DNA of 64,000 bases. It comes from Okamejei kenojei. Lineage: Eukaryota. The notes under the pieces are model-generated. The model saw only the letters and a program-made list of their open reading frames with translations. It did no database searches and had not been told where the DNA came from. Shown piece after piece: positions 1-15,200 of the stretch (its first letter is position 1; every line of letters begins with the position of its first letter). Location: NCBI GenBank assembly GCA_035221665.1, contig CM069137.1:76756001-76820000 (forward strand), written 5' to 3'. A program made the position numbers and the translations under genes.

Positions 1-3000
1 TTGAATACGGTGTCACATGCTTTGTAGAATGAGCTTGTTGAACTAGGTTGACTTAGACCAGCAGCATTTTCAGCCTGGATCCTGTATTCATATTCGTGCC
101 CTTCTGTGAGTTTACCAACCTTGTATCGGAAATCAGTAACTATCCTTTTGTTGCATTTAACCCATCGCATTCCTGTTTTGTCACGTCTTTCAATAATATA
201 GTTTGTGATTTCACTTCCACCATTAGAATCAGGATGTCCCCAGCAAACCACCATCGAATCCTTTGTAATTGCTGTAACTTCAGGGTTCTTTGGTGGGCTG
301 GGTGGTACAAATGGATTAACAGCAACAACAGAATCAGATTCTAATGGTTCACCAACTCCATATTTATTTACGGCCATTACACGGAAAATGTATTCGTTTC
401 CTTGCAGAAGTTTGGTTATCTTTAACTTATTTACTTGAACATCTGTAGCCACATTTGTCCAAGCAAGTCTACTGGTTTCACGTTTTTCAACGATGTAATA
501 TTCAATCTTTGCTCCCCCATCATCTGGTGGTGGTAACCATGATATCACACATTTTTCAATTGTAACATCTGAAATTGCAATAGGCCCTTCAGGTGGTCCT
601 GGTCTATCCAGAATTTTGACATTAAACACATGTTGAGCTGATCCTCCTGGATTGGATGCAGTGAGTGTATAAGCACCTCCATCTCTTCTCACACTATCTT
701 TATGGATCAGTGCAGTAGAGAAATCGGCCATCTTTACTTCCACTTTTCCTGTTTCTTCAAGATCATTTCCATCTTTTGTCCAAACCATGGTTGGTGGAGG
801 TTGTCCTCTAACATCAGCCTCAAGTTTAAATATTTCACCAGCTTTCAACAGCAAAACACTCTTGAATTTGACATCAACCAGTATTTTGGGTTCTTCAACA
901 TCATCTCTGCATATTATTGCATCTGTAGGCTCAGATGGTTTGCTTACTGCGCCAGCAGCATTTCGAGCTACTATGCGGAATTCATATGTATCACCTTCAT
1001 TGAGACCACTGATGGTAAACAGAGTCTCTAGCACATTGCTGAAGTTTGCCTTAAGCCAGCGACCATTCGGTAAATCCCTTTTTTCCACTGTGTAACCAGT
1101 TATCTTGAAGCCTCCATCAAATTCTGGTTTTGTCCATATGAGTGTAATTGAATGCCTTGTAATATTTATTGGAACCGGCTTACCAGGAGGATCAATAGGG
1201 TCTAATGCATAAACTGGTTCTGATGCTTTACTTGGTTTACCTTTGCCAGCCATGTTTTCTGCTACAACACGGAATTCATATGCAATGCCATCAGTCAGCC
1301 CAGATGATTTAAATGTGGTAACTACAACCAGAGCCTTGCTTATAGTTTGCCAAAGAATACTGTTTCTTTCCTTTCTTTCAATGTGGTATCCTAAAATGCG
1401 ACTTCCTCCATCAGTAACTGGATCATTCCAGGTGATTGTCATTGAATCCTTATTAACAGCAATAACTTGTGGAGTTCCAGGAGGTCCTGGCACTTTAAAT
1501 GGATATGTTGCAACAACTGCCTCTGAGGCAATTGCAGGACCAGTACCATATCTATTTTGAGCCTTAATTCGGAACTGATACTCAGTTCCAGTAGTAAGGT
1601 GAGCAGCTTTAAATGTTGTACGTATCACAGTAGCCGCTTTCTCTATCCATGTTGTGCTGTTGGTTTCACGTATTTCAACAATGTAGTTGTTGATTGGCAC
1701 ACCACCATCACTTTCAGGAGGCTCCCAGGACATCAAAATATAATCAGATGAAATTTCGTCAAATTTAATTGGTCCTTTGGGTGGGCCGGGTATGTCATGA
1801 ACCTGAACAGTGATGACATCACTCACTTCACCTAGTACATTCACAGCTGTCAATGTAAATTTGCCACGATCACTTCGCACGCATTCATTAATGTTAAGAA
1901 TGGTTGAATTTGCTGTATTTTCAACATTCACTCTCTGTGTTTGCTTCAAAGCCTGGCCATCCTTTTTCCATGTGACTGTTGGATGTGGACGACCAAGGAC
2001 TGGAACGTCAACTTTGATATTATCCCCAGCTCTTGCAATCACTAATTTCTGATAAATGCCACGCAAGTCAAATACTGGAAGCATTGTTTGCTCTTTAACA
2101 AGAACCGGTCTGCTTTCTCGTGGATCACTCATTCCAGCTGCATTAACTGCCATGACACGGAATGTATACTCATCATTTTCATTAAGATTCTTTGCAACAT
2201 AATCTAAAGTCTTCACTTTTGCTAGAGCCAACCATTTTTCAGAATCTTTTTTCTGTGCCTCAAGTACATATCCTGTAATTTTGCTACCACCATCGTGTTC
2301 TGGTTTTGGCCAAGCTAGGCTAACAGTATGCTTTGTTATATCCATGATATGCAAACGCTCTGGAGGTAATGGGGCTTCAGATGCTTTTAAAGGATCAACA
2401 GTCTCAGCTGGCTCACCTATGCCATATTCATTCTCAGCCATTACTCTGAAGTAGTATTGACACCCTTCTGACAAATTGATGATTTTGAGTGAACATTTCT
2501 GACAATTAGTTGCAAAGGTAGTGTATGCCTTACGAGTTGATTCACGTTTTTCTACAATGTAGTTGATTATTTTTGAACCACCATCAATCATTGGCGTATC
2601 CCACTGCATTGTAATGCTGTCTTTTGTTATTTCTCTGGCTTTGAGGTTTAAAGGTGGTCCTGGTGTATCTAGGACTTTTACATTTACAAAACCACTCTTT
2701 TTACCAGCAACATTTTCAAGACACATTGTATACTTTCCAGCATCATATCTGGTGCATTCTGGAATAAGCAGGAATGTGTATGAATCTGTAGTTTCTACAG
2801 TGGCACGGCCTTTAACAGGGACTTCTCCTTTAAACCATGTGACATCAGGAGTTGGTCGCCCCTTGATTGGAACGAAAATGCGAATGGTTGTTCCAGCTCT
2901 GACAACAAGAGTTCTTCTTAACTCAGTATCTAACTCAAAATCAGGTCCTTCTTCACGTTCCTTAATTTCAGTGACATCTTCAACTTGTGCAGGCTCACCC

Positions 3001-3256
3001 ACACCCACTGCATTGAGTGCACTAACTCTAAAGTGATATTTTTCTCCTGACTGAAGATTAGCAACAACAAATTCTGTTATTCGGAGTGCAGTTCCTGTTG
3101 TGTCTTTTATCCAGTTTTCATCTCCCTCTTTCTTGTGTTCAACTATATAGCCAATAATGTCAAGGCCACCATCATAATGAGGTCTTCCCCAAGTTAAAGT
3201 AGCAGTAGTCTTTGTTGTGTCAAGCACTCTTGGGTTAGAAGGAGGTCCGGGCACAT
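1..3256 (-). CDS. ttn: titin giant A-band exon (ex326 equivalent), runs off the window; Fn-Ig-Fn-Fn-Ig-Fn-Fn-Fn-Ig-Fn-Fn
   Basis: AG acceptor at 3257-3258; reads [15 protein letters not shown]...FYKACDTVF; absent from the ORF track, consistent with no stop inside the window. Confidence 0.95.
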
Positions 3257-6200
3257 CTGTAAGAATAAATTATTTATTTTGATTTAACAATGTCTTGATT
3301 CACAGAATTTTTTTGAAAAAACATTTAAAAATAATGTAAATGTAATCCTTACATGCAACATCTTTTGTTAATACTGGTTGTGATGGATCACTTGGTGGAC
3401 CAAAGCCTGCCTTATTCTCTGCAGTGACACGGAATTCATACTCAGTTTCTTCAGTGAGTCCAGCTACTTTATGTCGTAGATCCGAGATTGGTTTCTTTGT
3501 TACTCTAATCCACCTGAGACCTTTCTTCTCTTTACGTTCCACAATGTACCCTGTGATTTCACTACCACCATCATTAACTGGTCTCTTCCAGCCAATAGTA
3601 ACTGTATTCTTGGTAACATTAGTCACCTCAGGCTTAGCAGGCGGACCAGGAGGACCTGAAAGAGGAATATCACAACAGCAGTTTACATTTTTGTCAAGCT
3701 AAATACATAAAACTAGTGCAAAGCTTCAGATTAAAAAAATAATGTATTACCAAAACTATCCACTATCTTAACAGGTTCTGCCTGCGCTGGCTCGCCAACT
3801 CCAAACTGATTTACAGCAGAGATGCGGAAGATATATTCATTTCCTTGTATGAGTTTGCTTGCTACGTATCTACAACTTGGAATATCTTCAGCAACCAAAG
3901 TCCAGAGTAGACGACTGGTTTCTCTCTTTTCAATTGTGTAAGATTTGATTGGAGAACCGCCATCTTCAGCTGGTGGTAACCAATTTAGGGTAACTTTCTC
4001 AGATGAAACATTGCTTATTTCAATAGGTCCAGGAGGACCTGGAACATCTAGCACTTTCACACGTACATGTTCTTCTTTGGTCCCGAATGGATTGCTTGCA
4101 GTAATAGTATATTCACCAGAATCTTTTCTAGTGGCATATTTAATGGATAGTGTTGAGCTTGTTGGCATTTCTTCGATGTGGACAATGTCAGAAACCTTGA
4201 AATCTTTTCCTCCCTTAGACCACACTGACGTTGGTGGAGGTTTGCCAAGAATACTTGTTGCTGTGATTATAATAGTATCACCAGCTTTAACTGTTAAGCC
4301 TTCTTTAACCGTTGGATCAATCACAATAGTTGGTGACACTGTGGAGTAAAGAATATTAATTAATAATAAAACCTTTCCACTTTTAATTATGTATTCATGT
4401 GGGGGTGATGAGGGAAAATTACATACCATATTCATCCTGGCAGATAATAGTTCCTGTTGTTTCAGATGGCAGACTAATTGCACCTGCTGCGTTCTTTGCC
4501 TTGATACGGAATTCATACTTGCATCCCTCAGTAAGGTCACTAACAGTAAAAGCACACTCTTGAACGTTAACATGATTTGCTTTCAACCAAGCCTTTGAAG
4601 GCAGGGCACGTTTCTCAACAATGTAGCCAATTAGTTTGTGACCACCATCGTATGTTGGCTCAGTCCACATTAAGGTCACAGAATTGCGGGTTACATTAAT
4701 TACCTCAGGTTTTCCAGGAGGATCTGAAAATAAGCATTTTATATGTCAATTGATGATCTTGTCATGTATAATATGGAATGTTATGTGAGCAATTGTGCAA
4801 TGGCTTTCACCTACCAATTGGATCAAGAGTAGTTACAGGATGTGATGGTGCACTTGGTTTGCCAATACCAGCTAAGTTAATAGCCATAACTCTAAATTCA
4901 TATTCAAGACCTTCAGTCAGACCTGGTACTCTAAGATCCCTCATTCTTAGTGGTGTCTTACTTGCTCGCTTCCAAAGGAGACTGTTTCTTTCCTTATATT
5001 CCACGTGATAGCCTGTTTCAAAATTAGAATAAATGTTATAAAATTATCGTCTTTAATTATTGGTGTAAAGGGAGATATTTATTCCTTGTACCTGTAATAG
5101 GGGATCCACCATTCCTCTTCGGATCCAACCATGTCAGGGAGACAGAGTCATGTCTGACTGCAACTATTTCGGGTGGCAAAGGAGCATCGGGCACATCTTG
5201 TGGAAGGGGAATGAGAAATACCAGTCAGTTTTAAAACATATATCACACTGCAATCAAAGTTTAGTTGCAAACTTGATTGATACTTACCAAATGGATGCCT
5301 GGCTATGACAGGGTTTGATTTTAGCCCTTCGCCCACTCCATATTTATTTTCAGCACTGACTCTAAACGCATACTCTGTTCCTTCATGAAGCCTTGTAACT
5401 CTGAATGTTGTTTTTTGTACAGCAGAGGCACATGTCACCCATTTATTGGTGACATTATCCCGCTTTTCCAAAATATAATTAGTTATTTCTGCACCACCGT
5501 CATCCTTAGGAGCGGCCCAGCTTAAAGTAATTGCATCTGCTGTTAGTTCGTTGAAACGTATTGGTGCAGTTGGTATTCCAGGTTTTCCAACAACTTTCAT
5601 GAAGATTGTTGCTTCTTTATTGCCAGCAGAATTCTTCAAGTTAATTGTGTATTTTCCAGCATCATTCTTTTGACATTCCCGGACTGTAAGGGTTGTATAA
5701 ATTGCTGAGGATTCCACAGATACTCTTCCACTTTCCTGCAGCTGGTCTTCACCTCTCCTCCACGTTACTTTTGGTGCAGGTTTCCCACTGATTGGAATCT
5801 TTATACGGATATTACTTCCCTCCTTGGCAATGTATGTTAGATCAGGGATGTCTTTTAGATCAATACCTGGAGGAACTGTTAAGTTAAAGAGTATAGTTTA
5901 GTTTAGAAAATACAAATGACAACTTAGATTTAGAAACCATTGCTATGTGTTAATGATAACCCAAAATGTTTTAATAAGTAAAATCTTAAGGTGAATTCAC
6001 TCTATGTTAAAAAAATTGACAACCTTGGGTAATAACAATTAAAAAATATTATTTTAATAGCTCATGGCCACCTTGATCAAAATCACAAACTCTATTTGGC
6101 TTTAATTATGAAGCAAATGTGTTTTATTTAGCTTTGGAACTTTCTCAGCAGTGGTGGAAACAATATGTATATCCTACAACTGCAACATGAGTAACAGTGT

Positions 6201-9200
6201 TAACCTAAAACCATAATAATCACTTAAGAGGTTTTGGTTTACATTTAACCCTTCAAAATGGTTCAGTTAGATCTTGACTAATTAGCACTGTATCTCACTT
6301 CCATTTACCTATTTTTGATGCATATCTATGTTTCTGAAATTATCTCAGCAAAAGCTTATCTTGAAATGCTGAATTTAACTACTGTTTTGATTTAATTCAG
6401 GTCAACTTTCTCCACCTGCTTTTTTCATGAGGCATGATCCCCTGAGTTCAGCTCAATACTTTAGATGGGGTTTGGCCAAATTTTGATATAATGACGTGCA
6501 ACTTCACCCCCTGTATTCCAATCCTTACCAGCAATTAACTAGGACTGAGTGTTTTATGTATCTGGACGTAAATCCATTAGAGATAGCCCTACTCTCTTGC
6601 CATTAATGCTCTTGCACTTGATTTGCCTTTCCTAGGTCTCATTTTGCTCTCTTCTGCATAATGTTATAAAATTATTTCTGGAACGCTGTAGAATTAATAC
6701 TGATAAATTAGTCAGACAAAACTTAATCGTTTCATCTACTGGTGGTGAGGTATCCAATTAAAATCAAAACATCTTAATGGATTATTGTGGGTTTAGGTTA
6801 ATGCTGCTACTTGTTAATTATATTACATTCCTGGGCCCAGTCTTCTAGTTGGGCATCCTCCTATGATTTTCCATGAGTTTGCCATGTGCACTGTTACTTG
6901 ATCTTTCATGAATCTAGGTGAACGTTTGGTAAACTCTGCACTATTTGCTGATCATCTGTACATGAAGGAAAGCAACACAATAGAAACATAGAAAATAGGT
7001 GCAGGAGGAGGCCATTCATCTCTTCGAGCCAGCACCGTCATTCATTGTGATCATGGCTGATCGTCCCCAATCAATAACCTGAGCTCTCTCTAACTCTCTC
7101 TTAAATCCATCCAGTGATTTGGCCTCCACTGCCCTCTGTGCCAGGGAATTCCACAGATTCACAACTCTCTGAGTGAAAAAGTTTTTTCTCACCTCAGTCT
7201 TAAATGGCCTCCCCTTTATTCTAAGACTGTGGCCCCTGGTTCTGGACTCACACAACATTGGGAACATTTTTCCTGCATCTAGCTTGTCCAGTCTTTTTAT
7301 AATTTTATATGTTTCTATAAGATCTCCTTCTAAAATCCAGTGAATACAAGCCTAGTCTTTGCAATCTTTCCTCATATCTCGTGAACCTACGCTGCACTGC
7401 CTCAATCACGAGGATGTCCTTCCTCAAATTAGGCGACCAAAACTGTACACAATACTCCAGATGTGGTCTTACTAGAGCCCTATATAACTGCAGAAGAATC
7501 TCTTTACTCATATACTGAAATCCTCTTGTTATGAAGGCCAACATTCCATTAGCTTCCTTCACTGCCTGCTGTATCGGCACGCCAGCTTTCAGTGACTGGT
7601 ACAAGGGCACCCAGGTCTCGCTGCACCTCCCCCTTATTTAACCCCATTGAGATAATAATCTGCCCCCTTGTTTTTGCTGCCAAAATGGATAACCTCACAT
7701 TTATCTATATTATACTGCACCTGCCATACATCTGCCCACTCACTCAACCTGTCCAGGTCCCCCTGCAACATCCTAACATACTCTTCACAGTTCACACTGC
7801 CACCCTGCTTTGTGTCATCCGCAAACTTGCTAGTGTTGCTCCTAATTCCCTCTTCCAAATCATTAATATATGGTGAACAGTTGCGGCCCGAACACTGAGC
7901 CTTGCGGCACTCCACTCGCCATTGCCCGCCATTCTGAAAAGGACCCGTTCACTCCTACTGTTTGCTTCCTTTCTGCCAACCAATTTTCATATCCATATCA
8001 ACACCCTACCCCCAATACCATGTGCTCTAATTTTAGTCACCAGTCTCCCGTGCGAGACCTAGTCAAATGTTTTCTGAAAGTCTAGATACACTACATCCAC
8101 TGGCTCCCCTTTATCCATTTTACTTGTCACATCCTCAAGAAATTCCAGAAGATTAGTCAAGCATGATTTCCCTTTCATAAATCCATGTTGACTTGGACTA
8201 ATCCTTTGTCCAAATGTCCTATTATTACCTTTTTAATAATTGACTCAAGCATCTTTCCCACCACTGAAGTCAGGCTAACTGGTCTGTAATTCCCCGTTTT
8301 CTCTCTCGTTCCTTTCTTGAAAAGTGGGATAACATTAGCTATCCTCCAATCCACAGGAACTGATCCTGAATCTATTGAACATTGGAAAATGATCACCAAT
8401 GCGTCCACTATTTCTAGAGCCACCTCAATGAGGACCCTGGGATGCAGACCATCAGGCCCAGGGGATTTATCATGCTTCAATCCCATTAGTCTACCCAATA
8501 CTATTTCTCGCCTAATGAAAATGTATTTGGTCGATGTATGAATAATTCCTGAGATATTATGGTCCACCACCATCAATTTATTAATTTGGTTCAAATGCAT
8601 GCATTATTTGACAAAGAATAGATAATTTTCCTCAGGAGCATGCTATTAGAATAATGTGAAGAATACTCACCAACTTGATCCTTTGCCTGGATTGTAATTT
8701 CACGTGGTACACTGTATCCTGCACCATTCTGTGTTCTTACTCTGAAAGTGTATTCTTTCCCTTCTTGCAGATCATTCATTTGAAATTGCATATTCTTTGA
8801 CCTCATCAACTCACACCATTTATCCCCTTCAAGCATTTTTTCAACAACATAACTAATAATTCGAGATCCACCATCAGTTGTTGGTTTCTTCCACACCAAA
8901 GTGCATGATTTCTTAGATATAGCTGAAGCTTTCAAGTCTACCACTGGCCCAGGCTCCTCTGCATTAAGAAAATGTGTGGTTGTTAGTAGAAAATTATTGC
9001 AATTTTAAGTTTTCTGTTTGACATTCTGAAAAATAATGATGCTACATCCTGAAGTCATAACTTTTTATTTCTTACCTGAAGCTTTCACAGCATCTTTTGT
9101 CTCACATGGTTCACCGATGCCATATTCATTTTCAGCTAGTACTCTGAAGTAGTAATATTTACTCTCTTCCAAGTTGATAACTCTGAAACTTGTCTTGGAA

Positions 9201-12200
9201 CATTCAGTTGCTACAGTTGACCATGCCTTTCTTTCAGCATCTCGTTTCTCTACAATGTAATTTTTAACTGGACTGCCGCCATCAATAAGAGGAGGATCCC
9301 AGGATATAACAGCATGATCTTTAGTTGTTTCCTTAACAATAAGATTAATTGGAGGACCAGGAGTGTCTAATTAAAAGGTAAAAGCAAGTAAGTAGTTGCC
9401 TCATAGAATAAAACAATAACAATCAACTAACTCTAAATTAATAAAATATTACTTTTCATGAAATAATTAATAACTTACCAAGAACCTTTACAATAAGTGT
9501 GTATGCCTTTACTCCACTGCTATTTTCTAAAGTTAAAATGTATTTTCCAGCATCGTATTTATTCACATTCTCACAGTACAACATTGTGTCATAATCTGAA
9601 GTTCTAATTTCGAGTCCTTGTCTATCTTTGATGTTGGCATCCATCTTAGCCCAACTAATCTTTGGTGTAGGTCGGCCTCTCACTGGCACGTAGATTCGCA
9701 TTGTGACACCAGCACGCAGAACAAGTACCTTCCTTAAGTCAGCATCGAGATCTGCTTCAGGAGCAACTGTTCAGGAAAATAAGTAATGAAATCTCTGTTA
9801 CCATATTTAGTATGTGCATCAGTGATATACATCTAACAGATCACAGAACCAGAGCCATCTGCCTTGCCGTCTTATTGCACCATTGAGAACTCGCTTCATC
9901 ATAGGGTGGGGAAATAAAGTCTTTGAATCTTTTCAAGGCCAAAATAGAATCTTGGTAAGTACGGAACAAGAGATTACAGGGATGGGCAGGAATGTTGAAC
10001 TGAGTTTACAATCAGAGCAGCCATGAATTTATAAATGATGGAAGATACTTGAGAAGCTAAGTGGCCTACTCCTGCTAATTTGTTTTTTTGCTCTATACCA
10101 TGCTACTCCCACCCCACAGAACACCTTTCATTATGGTACGGAATTGTTTTGATAGTTTTCCATGAATCCCTTTCCATAGTTCTTCCTAGTGCAATAACTC
10201 CACTTCCAGGACTATAAAACAAAAGTGAAAGAAAGTGACATGCAAGAGAGGTGGAGATATTAACTTGGAAACAGGAAAGGATAATAATAGAAACCCAGAC
10301 AGATTAAAAGAATGGAAGTGCAGAATTGAAATTATTCTTTCAGATAGTTGACCATGAACATTTGAAATTATGGTATGAGATTCCATTCTGCATTAATTTA
10401 GTTGTTTGAAATTGACCAGGGAATCAACAATAGGACAGATATCTAATGTGTTAGTTATTTTATGACACACCATTTAATTTCCTACATATTAATTTTGAAA
10501 CTTACTCAGTATATCCTTGGCTGTATGTTTTTCAGGCACTTCGCTTGGATCACTAAAACCTATTTTGTTAACTGCGCTTACACGGAACTGATATTCAGTT
10601 CCATCACATAGTCCTGTTGCAGTATAGTTTGTTTCATGGAGAGCCCTTGGAATATTGCATTTTATCCAGTTTTCAGCATCAGCACGTTTAATTTCAACTA
10701 GATATCCCAAAATTGGACTGCCACCATCATATGCTGGTTTACTCCATGACAAGCTGATCGTACTACGAGTTGTATCGATGACTTTTGGGAAAGCAGGAGG
10801 TCCTGGGGGATCTAAGTGAAAAAAATAATTTATATGAAAAAATTGTTAGAAAAGATCACAATAAAATATACCCATATATGATTATGATATTAGAGATATG
10901 ATTATATATATGCTTACATTGAGGATCAAAAGCAATTGCAGATTTAGAAGGTTCACTGGGTTTGCCTGGTCCAGCTTTATTCAAAGCAATAACTCGGTAT
11001 TCATACTCAGTTCCTTCCTGAAGTCCTGTAGCTTTAACAGTTCTTTCCAATACTGGCCTCCTATTGACTTTTGACCAGCTTACAGCACTTGCCTCACGTT
11101 TCTCCAGTAAATATCCAGTCACAGGAGAGCCACCATCGTCTGATGGGGCTTTCCAGCTAACAGTCATATGATCTTTGGTGATGTTGCTAATTACTGGAGG
11201 ATCACATGGCCCAGGTACATCTACAAAGAATACACAGTATGTATTAGATATATTTTAAGTATTAATAAATTCAAAATAAAAATAGCTACAAAGCCAACAT
11301 TTTAAATTTACCATATGGATTCTTGGCAACAACTGAATTTGTCAGTATTGGGTCACCAATGCCATACTTGTTTTCAGCACTGACACGGAATTGGTATTCA
11401 TGTCCTTCAATCAGCTTTTCTACACCACACTTTGTAAGTTGTACATTAGCAGTAACTTGAGCCCAATTGGGACGGCTTGTCTCACGTTTGTCAACAATGT
11501 AGTTTGTAATCTCAGCGCCACCGTCTTCGAGAGGAGGTTCCCAACTCAATACAACACGATCTGAATATACATTGCCAATCTTGATAGAAGCTGGTGGACC
11601 AGGTTTATCTGTAAACAAAAAAAAAAACCAGAAAATAAGATCTATCAATGTTTAACAAAATTATTTTTCACTGGAATAAGTCAATTTATTTTAACATTTT
11701 GTTTTCCCCCCTTTTATCATTACCTTCTCAAGGAAAAATATTATTTTAATGCATGACCTTCTCAAGAGATATTTGTTATTTTATTAAATAGTGATACACT
11801 TGCATATTTTACAAAGCACCTGTACAGTTAGCAGTAGATTCATACATACAGTATATAAAGTAGTATAATTTATTTACCGAGTACTTTAAGTTTTGCATGG
11901 GCTGATTTGGATCCACTCGGGTTTTCTGCAATAATTGTGTACTCTCCAGTTTCTTTTCTTTGTACACTAAATAGTTCAAGTGTGCACAGATTCCTTACTC
12001 TGGTTATCTTAACGCCTTCAGCGGATGTTATTATCGTGCCATCTTTCTTCCATGTGATTTTTGGAAAAGGCTTTCCAAAGACATTAGCGTCTAGACAAAC
12101 ATTCGATCCAGCCTTTACAGTGATCAGCGATTTCATCACCACACCCAAATCAATTTTTGGTGCAACTGCAAATTGAAGAAAGCATTACTGTGAATATTTT

Positions 12201-15200
12201 TTCATTAGTCCACTAATTTATTTTAATGTCTTATATTATAAAATCAAAAATTAGAATCAAATTAAAAAATGATAGTGATATTAATTTTTTACCATGCTCT
12301 GCCAAGATGGTCACTGGGTCTGAAGGTTCGGATGGCTTGCTCATATTAACTGCAGTCTTTGCAATAACCCTGAATTGATACTGTGTACCTTCTTCAAGAC
12401 TGGTAACAGTGAATTCCTCATGAGGCACATTTTGGTAGTTAGTATTGCACCGTATCCACTTATCACCAGGCAATTTACAGGCTTCAACGTAATAGCCGAT
12501 CAATTTACTTCCACCATCGTGTTTTGGTTTTGCCCAAACAAGAGATACAGAATTATTTGTCACATCAACAGCTTCAGGTTTGCCTGGTGGATCTGTTGCA
12601 GAATAACAATATATGTGTTTTGTTACATACAAAGACAATATCATTTAAGTTGCCGTATTAAATTAATTTAATAACTATTTTCAATTTTTTGGAATACTTA
12701 CCCACAGGCGTCCTGGCAGTTTCAAATTCAGTTGGTTTACTCGGTTTGCTGGATCCTGCTCTGTTTAGTGCAATGACTCTGAAGGTATACTCTAGTCCTT
12801 CAATTAGACCCGAACATGGATACTCAGTAGTACGGATAGAAGTGTCATTTCCTTTTACCCAAAGAAGACTATTCCTTTCTTTACGTTCAATAATATATCC
12901 AGTGATGGGACTACCACCATCAGAATCTGGCCTATCCCATGCAACAAACATGCAATCCTTGTTCACCTTTGTGATACGTACATTCCTTGGTTCACTTGGA
13001 ACATCTGTGGATGAAATAAATAATGATTATGGGCATCTCTCAAGCAAGATTTTGAGATCTTAAGATAAATGTGTTACTTCATAACTTACCAAATTGATAT
13101 TTTGCAATCATTTTAGCAGAGGTAAGTGGCTCTGAAACACCAAATCTGTTTTCTGCACGAACACGCAACATGTATTCAACGCCAGAGATAAGTTTACCAA
13201 TCCGACAGTTTGTTTTAGTTACAGAAGCTATGGCTGTAACCCAGTCACCACGGCTTAAATCACATTTTTCAACAACATAGTTTGTTATGTTGCTGCCTCC
13301 ATCTTCGAATGGTATATGCCAATTAAGACTACATGCATCAACATCAATTTCTGAAATGTCAAATGGAGGCTGTGGAGGTCCAGGAATATCTGCAAAAAAA
13401 TCCATCCAAAAAGATTAATTACATTGCTTTTGTATAAAAAGATTAATAGAAAATGATTTGCTTAACTCATGCAAATTCAATGCATTATGCATTTATATGA
13501 GCAAATTTACAAACCCATTATCACTACTCGGATTTTCTGGGTGGCGATGCCACAGCTATTTTCTGCAGAAAGACTATAATAACCGCTATCTTTCCGGCTA
13601 ACATCTTTGATGATGATCACAGATGTGTTCTTTGTCTTATGCACAACTAGCCGGCTGGATGGAATCACGCCTTCCTCATTTTTCATCCACTTGCAAATTG
13701 GTGCAGGCTTGCCAGCAACATGAGCCTCTATTCTGAGCTTCTGTCCAGCTTTGATAGTTATGAACTCTGGCATGATAATCTTCGGTGCCACTATTAGAAA
13801 ACATAGCATTAATGTTATCTTAATGCAGGAAAGTAAATATCTGTTACAATTTTCTTAGCACATGCTGCACGGTTTTAAAATATGCAAATCAAAACTTGAT
13901 TCAACGTATGCTGCTGGTGAGATTTTGCTGAGTGTAAAATGGCACAAATTGGTCTACACTACTGCTCATTATACATGAAGAACCTTCAATAGTTTCTAAA
14001 AGCTATTACATTACACATAAAACACAAATCTTTTGACATTTGAAAATGTCATAATAGAATCACAGTGGGTTGAATGTCAATGACCATCTTCTCATTTCAT
14101 GTATGATTGAAGGTAAAACAGAAGTAAAAAACTGTATCTGTTGAGAACCTTTTTCATTGTCAGTCTGAATGCACTTGCACATGGGACTAAATAGAAGTCA
14201 AACACCCTGCTTAAAGCAGAGAGTGGACTGTTTACTTGTGCAATTAATTGTTGGAGGCCACAATTACAAATTTCAGAAAGGAACTGATTAAGCACACACT
14301 AGCTAGTGAGAGTCAGAGATTCTTAAAAGGAACAGCAGTATTTTCTCTCAAAAGAAGGCACCAGAAAAGTTAGAACCCTCTTCCAAACCTCATTGCATTA
14401 ACTTGTCCCTCTGGAATCTGATCTCCTTAATAGGCTTTAATAACAAGGAAGCCAAAAATTGCAGCAGTTGATAAATCATTGTGAGAAAGTAGCAGCAAAG
14501 GTACACATAATTGGGTAACAACACAAAGGAGGCATTAACCGCAAGGTGGCATGTGTTTCATAATTGCAATTTGATTCAACCTCATTCATGATGTTATGTT
14601 TTCAAATGTTTGTTTCAATATTGATATCTTATTCACAAATAAATATTTTCTGTTTACTTACTCAGTTGTTCTTTAATTTCAAAAATTCCTTCAGTTTCCC
14701 TGGGTAAGCTGGCGCCTACTATATTTCTAGCAGCAACTCTGAATTTGTATTTAATTCCCTCCTTTAGGCCTGTTACAATAATATTCAGATCCTTGATTAT
14801 GGAGTATTGTGTCCATTGTTTCTCAGGTTCACCTTCTTTCTGATATTCAACGATATAACCATCAATCTTAGCACCTCCATCCCTCATAGGTGGTAACCAT
14901 GCCAGTGAAGCACTATTCTTTGTTATATCAATGACATCCAATTGTTTTGGTGGATCTGGTTCACCTAAACATCAAATTCAAAATAAGTGATTTTGAGACC
15001 AGATGATAAAATAATCTACAAAAATCATGATTAAAATATTTGGCAAACCCCATTGACATTTTTCTTAAGATAAATGGGAAAGTGCAATCTTATTATACTT
15101 ACTGACTGGGTCTCGTGCTATAATTGATTTAGGAATGTCTTTTGGAACCCCAGCACCATATTGGTTGACAGCAGTTACTCTGAAATAGTATTCAGTGCCG

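Noticed and set aside
6979-8525. Active or domesticated reverse transcriptase
   Set aside because: Split over several frames with deletions and 5' truncation.
6979-10085. Inverted CR1 pair around ex317-319
   Set aside because: The 9900 copy is short and too diverged for a convincing duplex.
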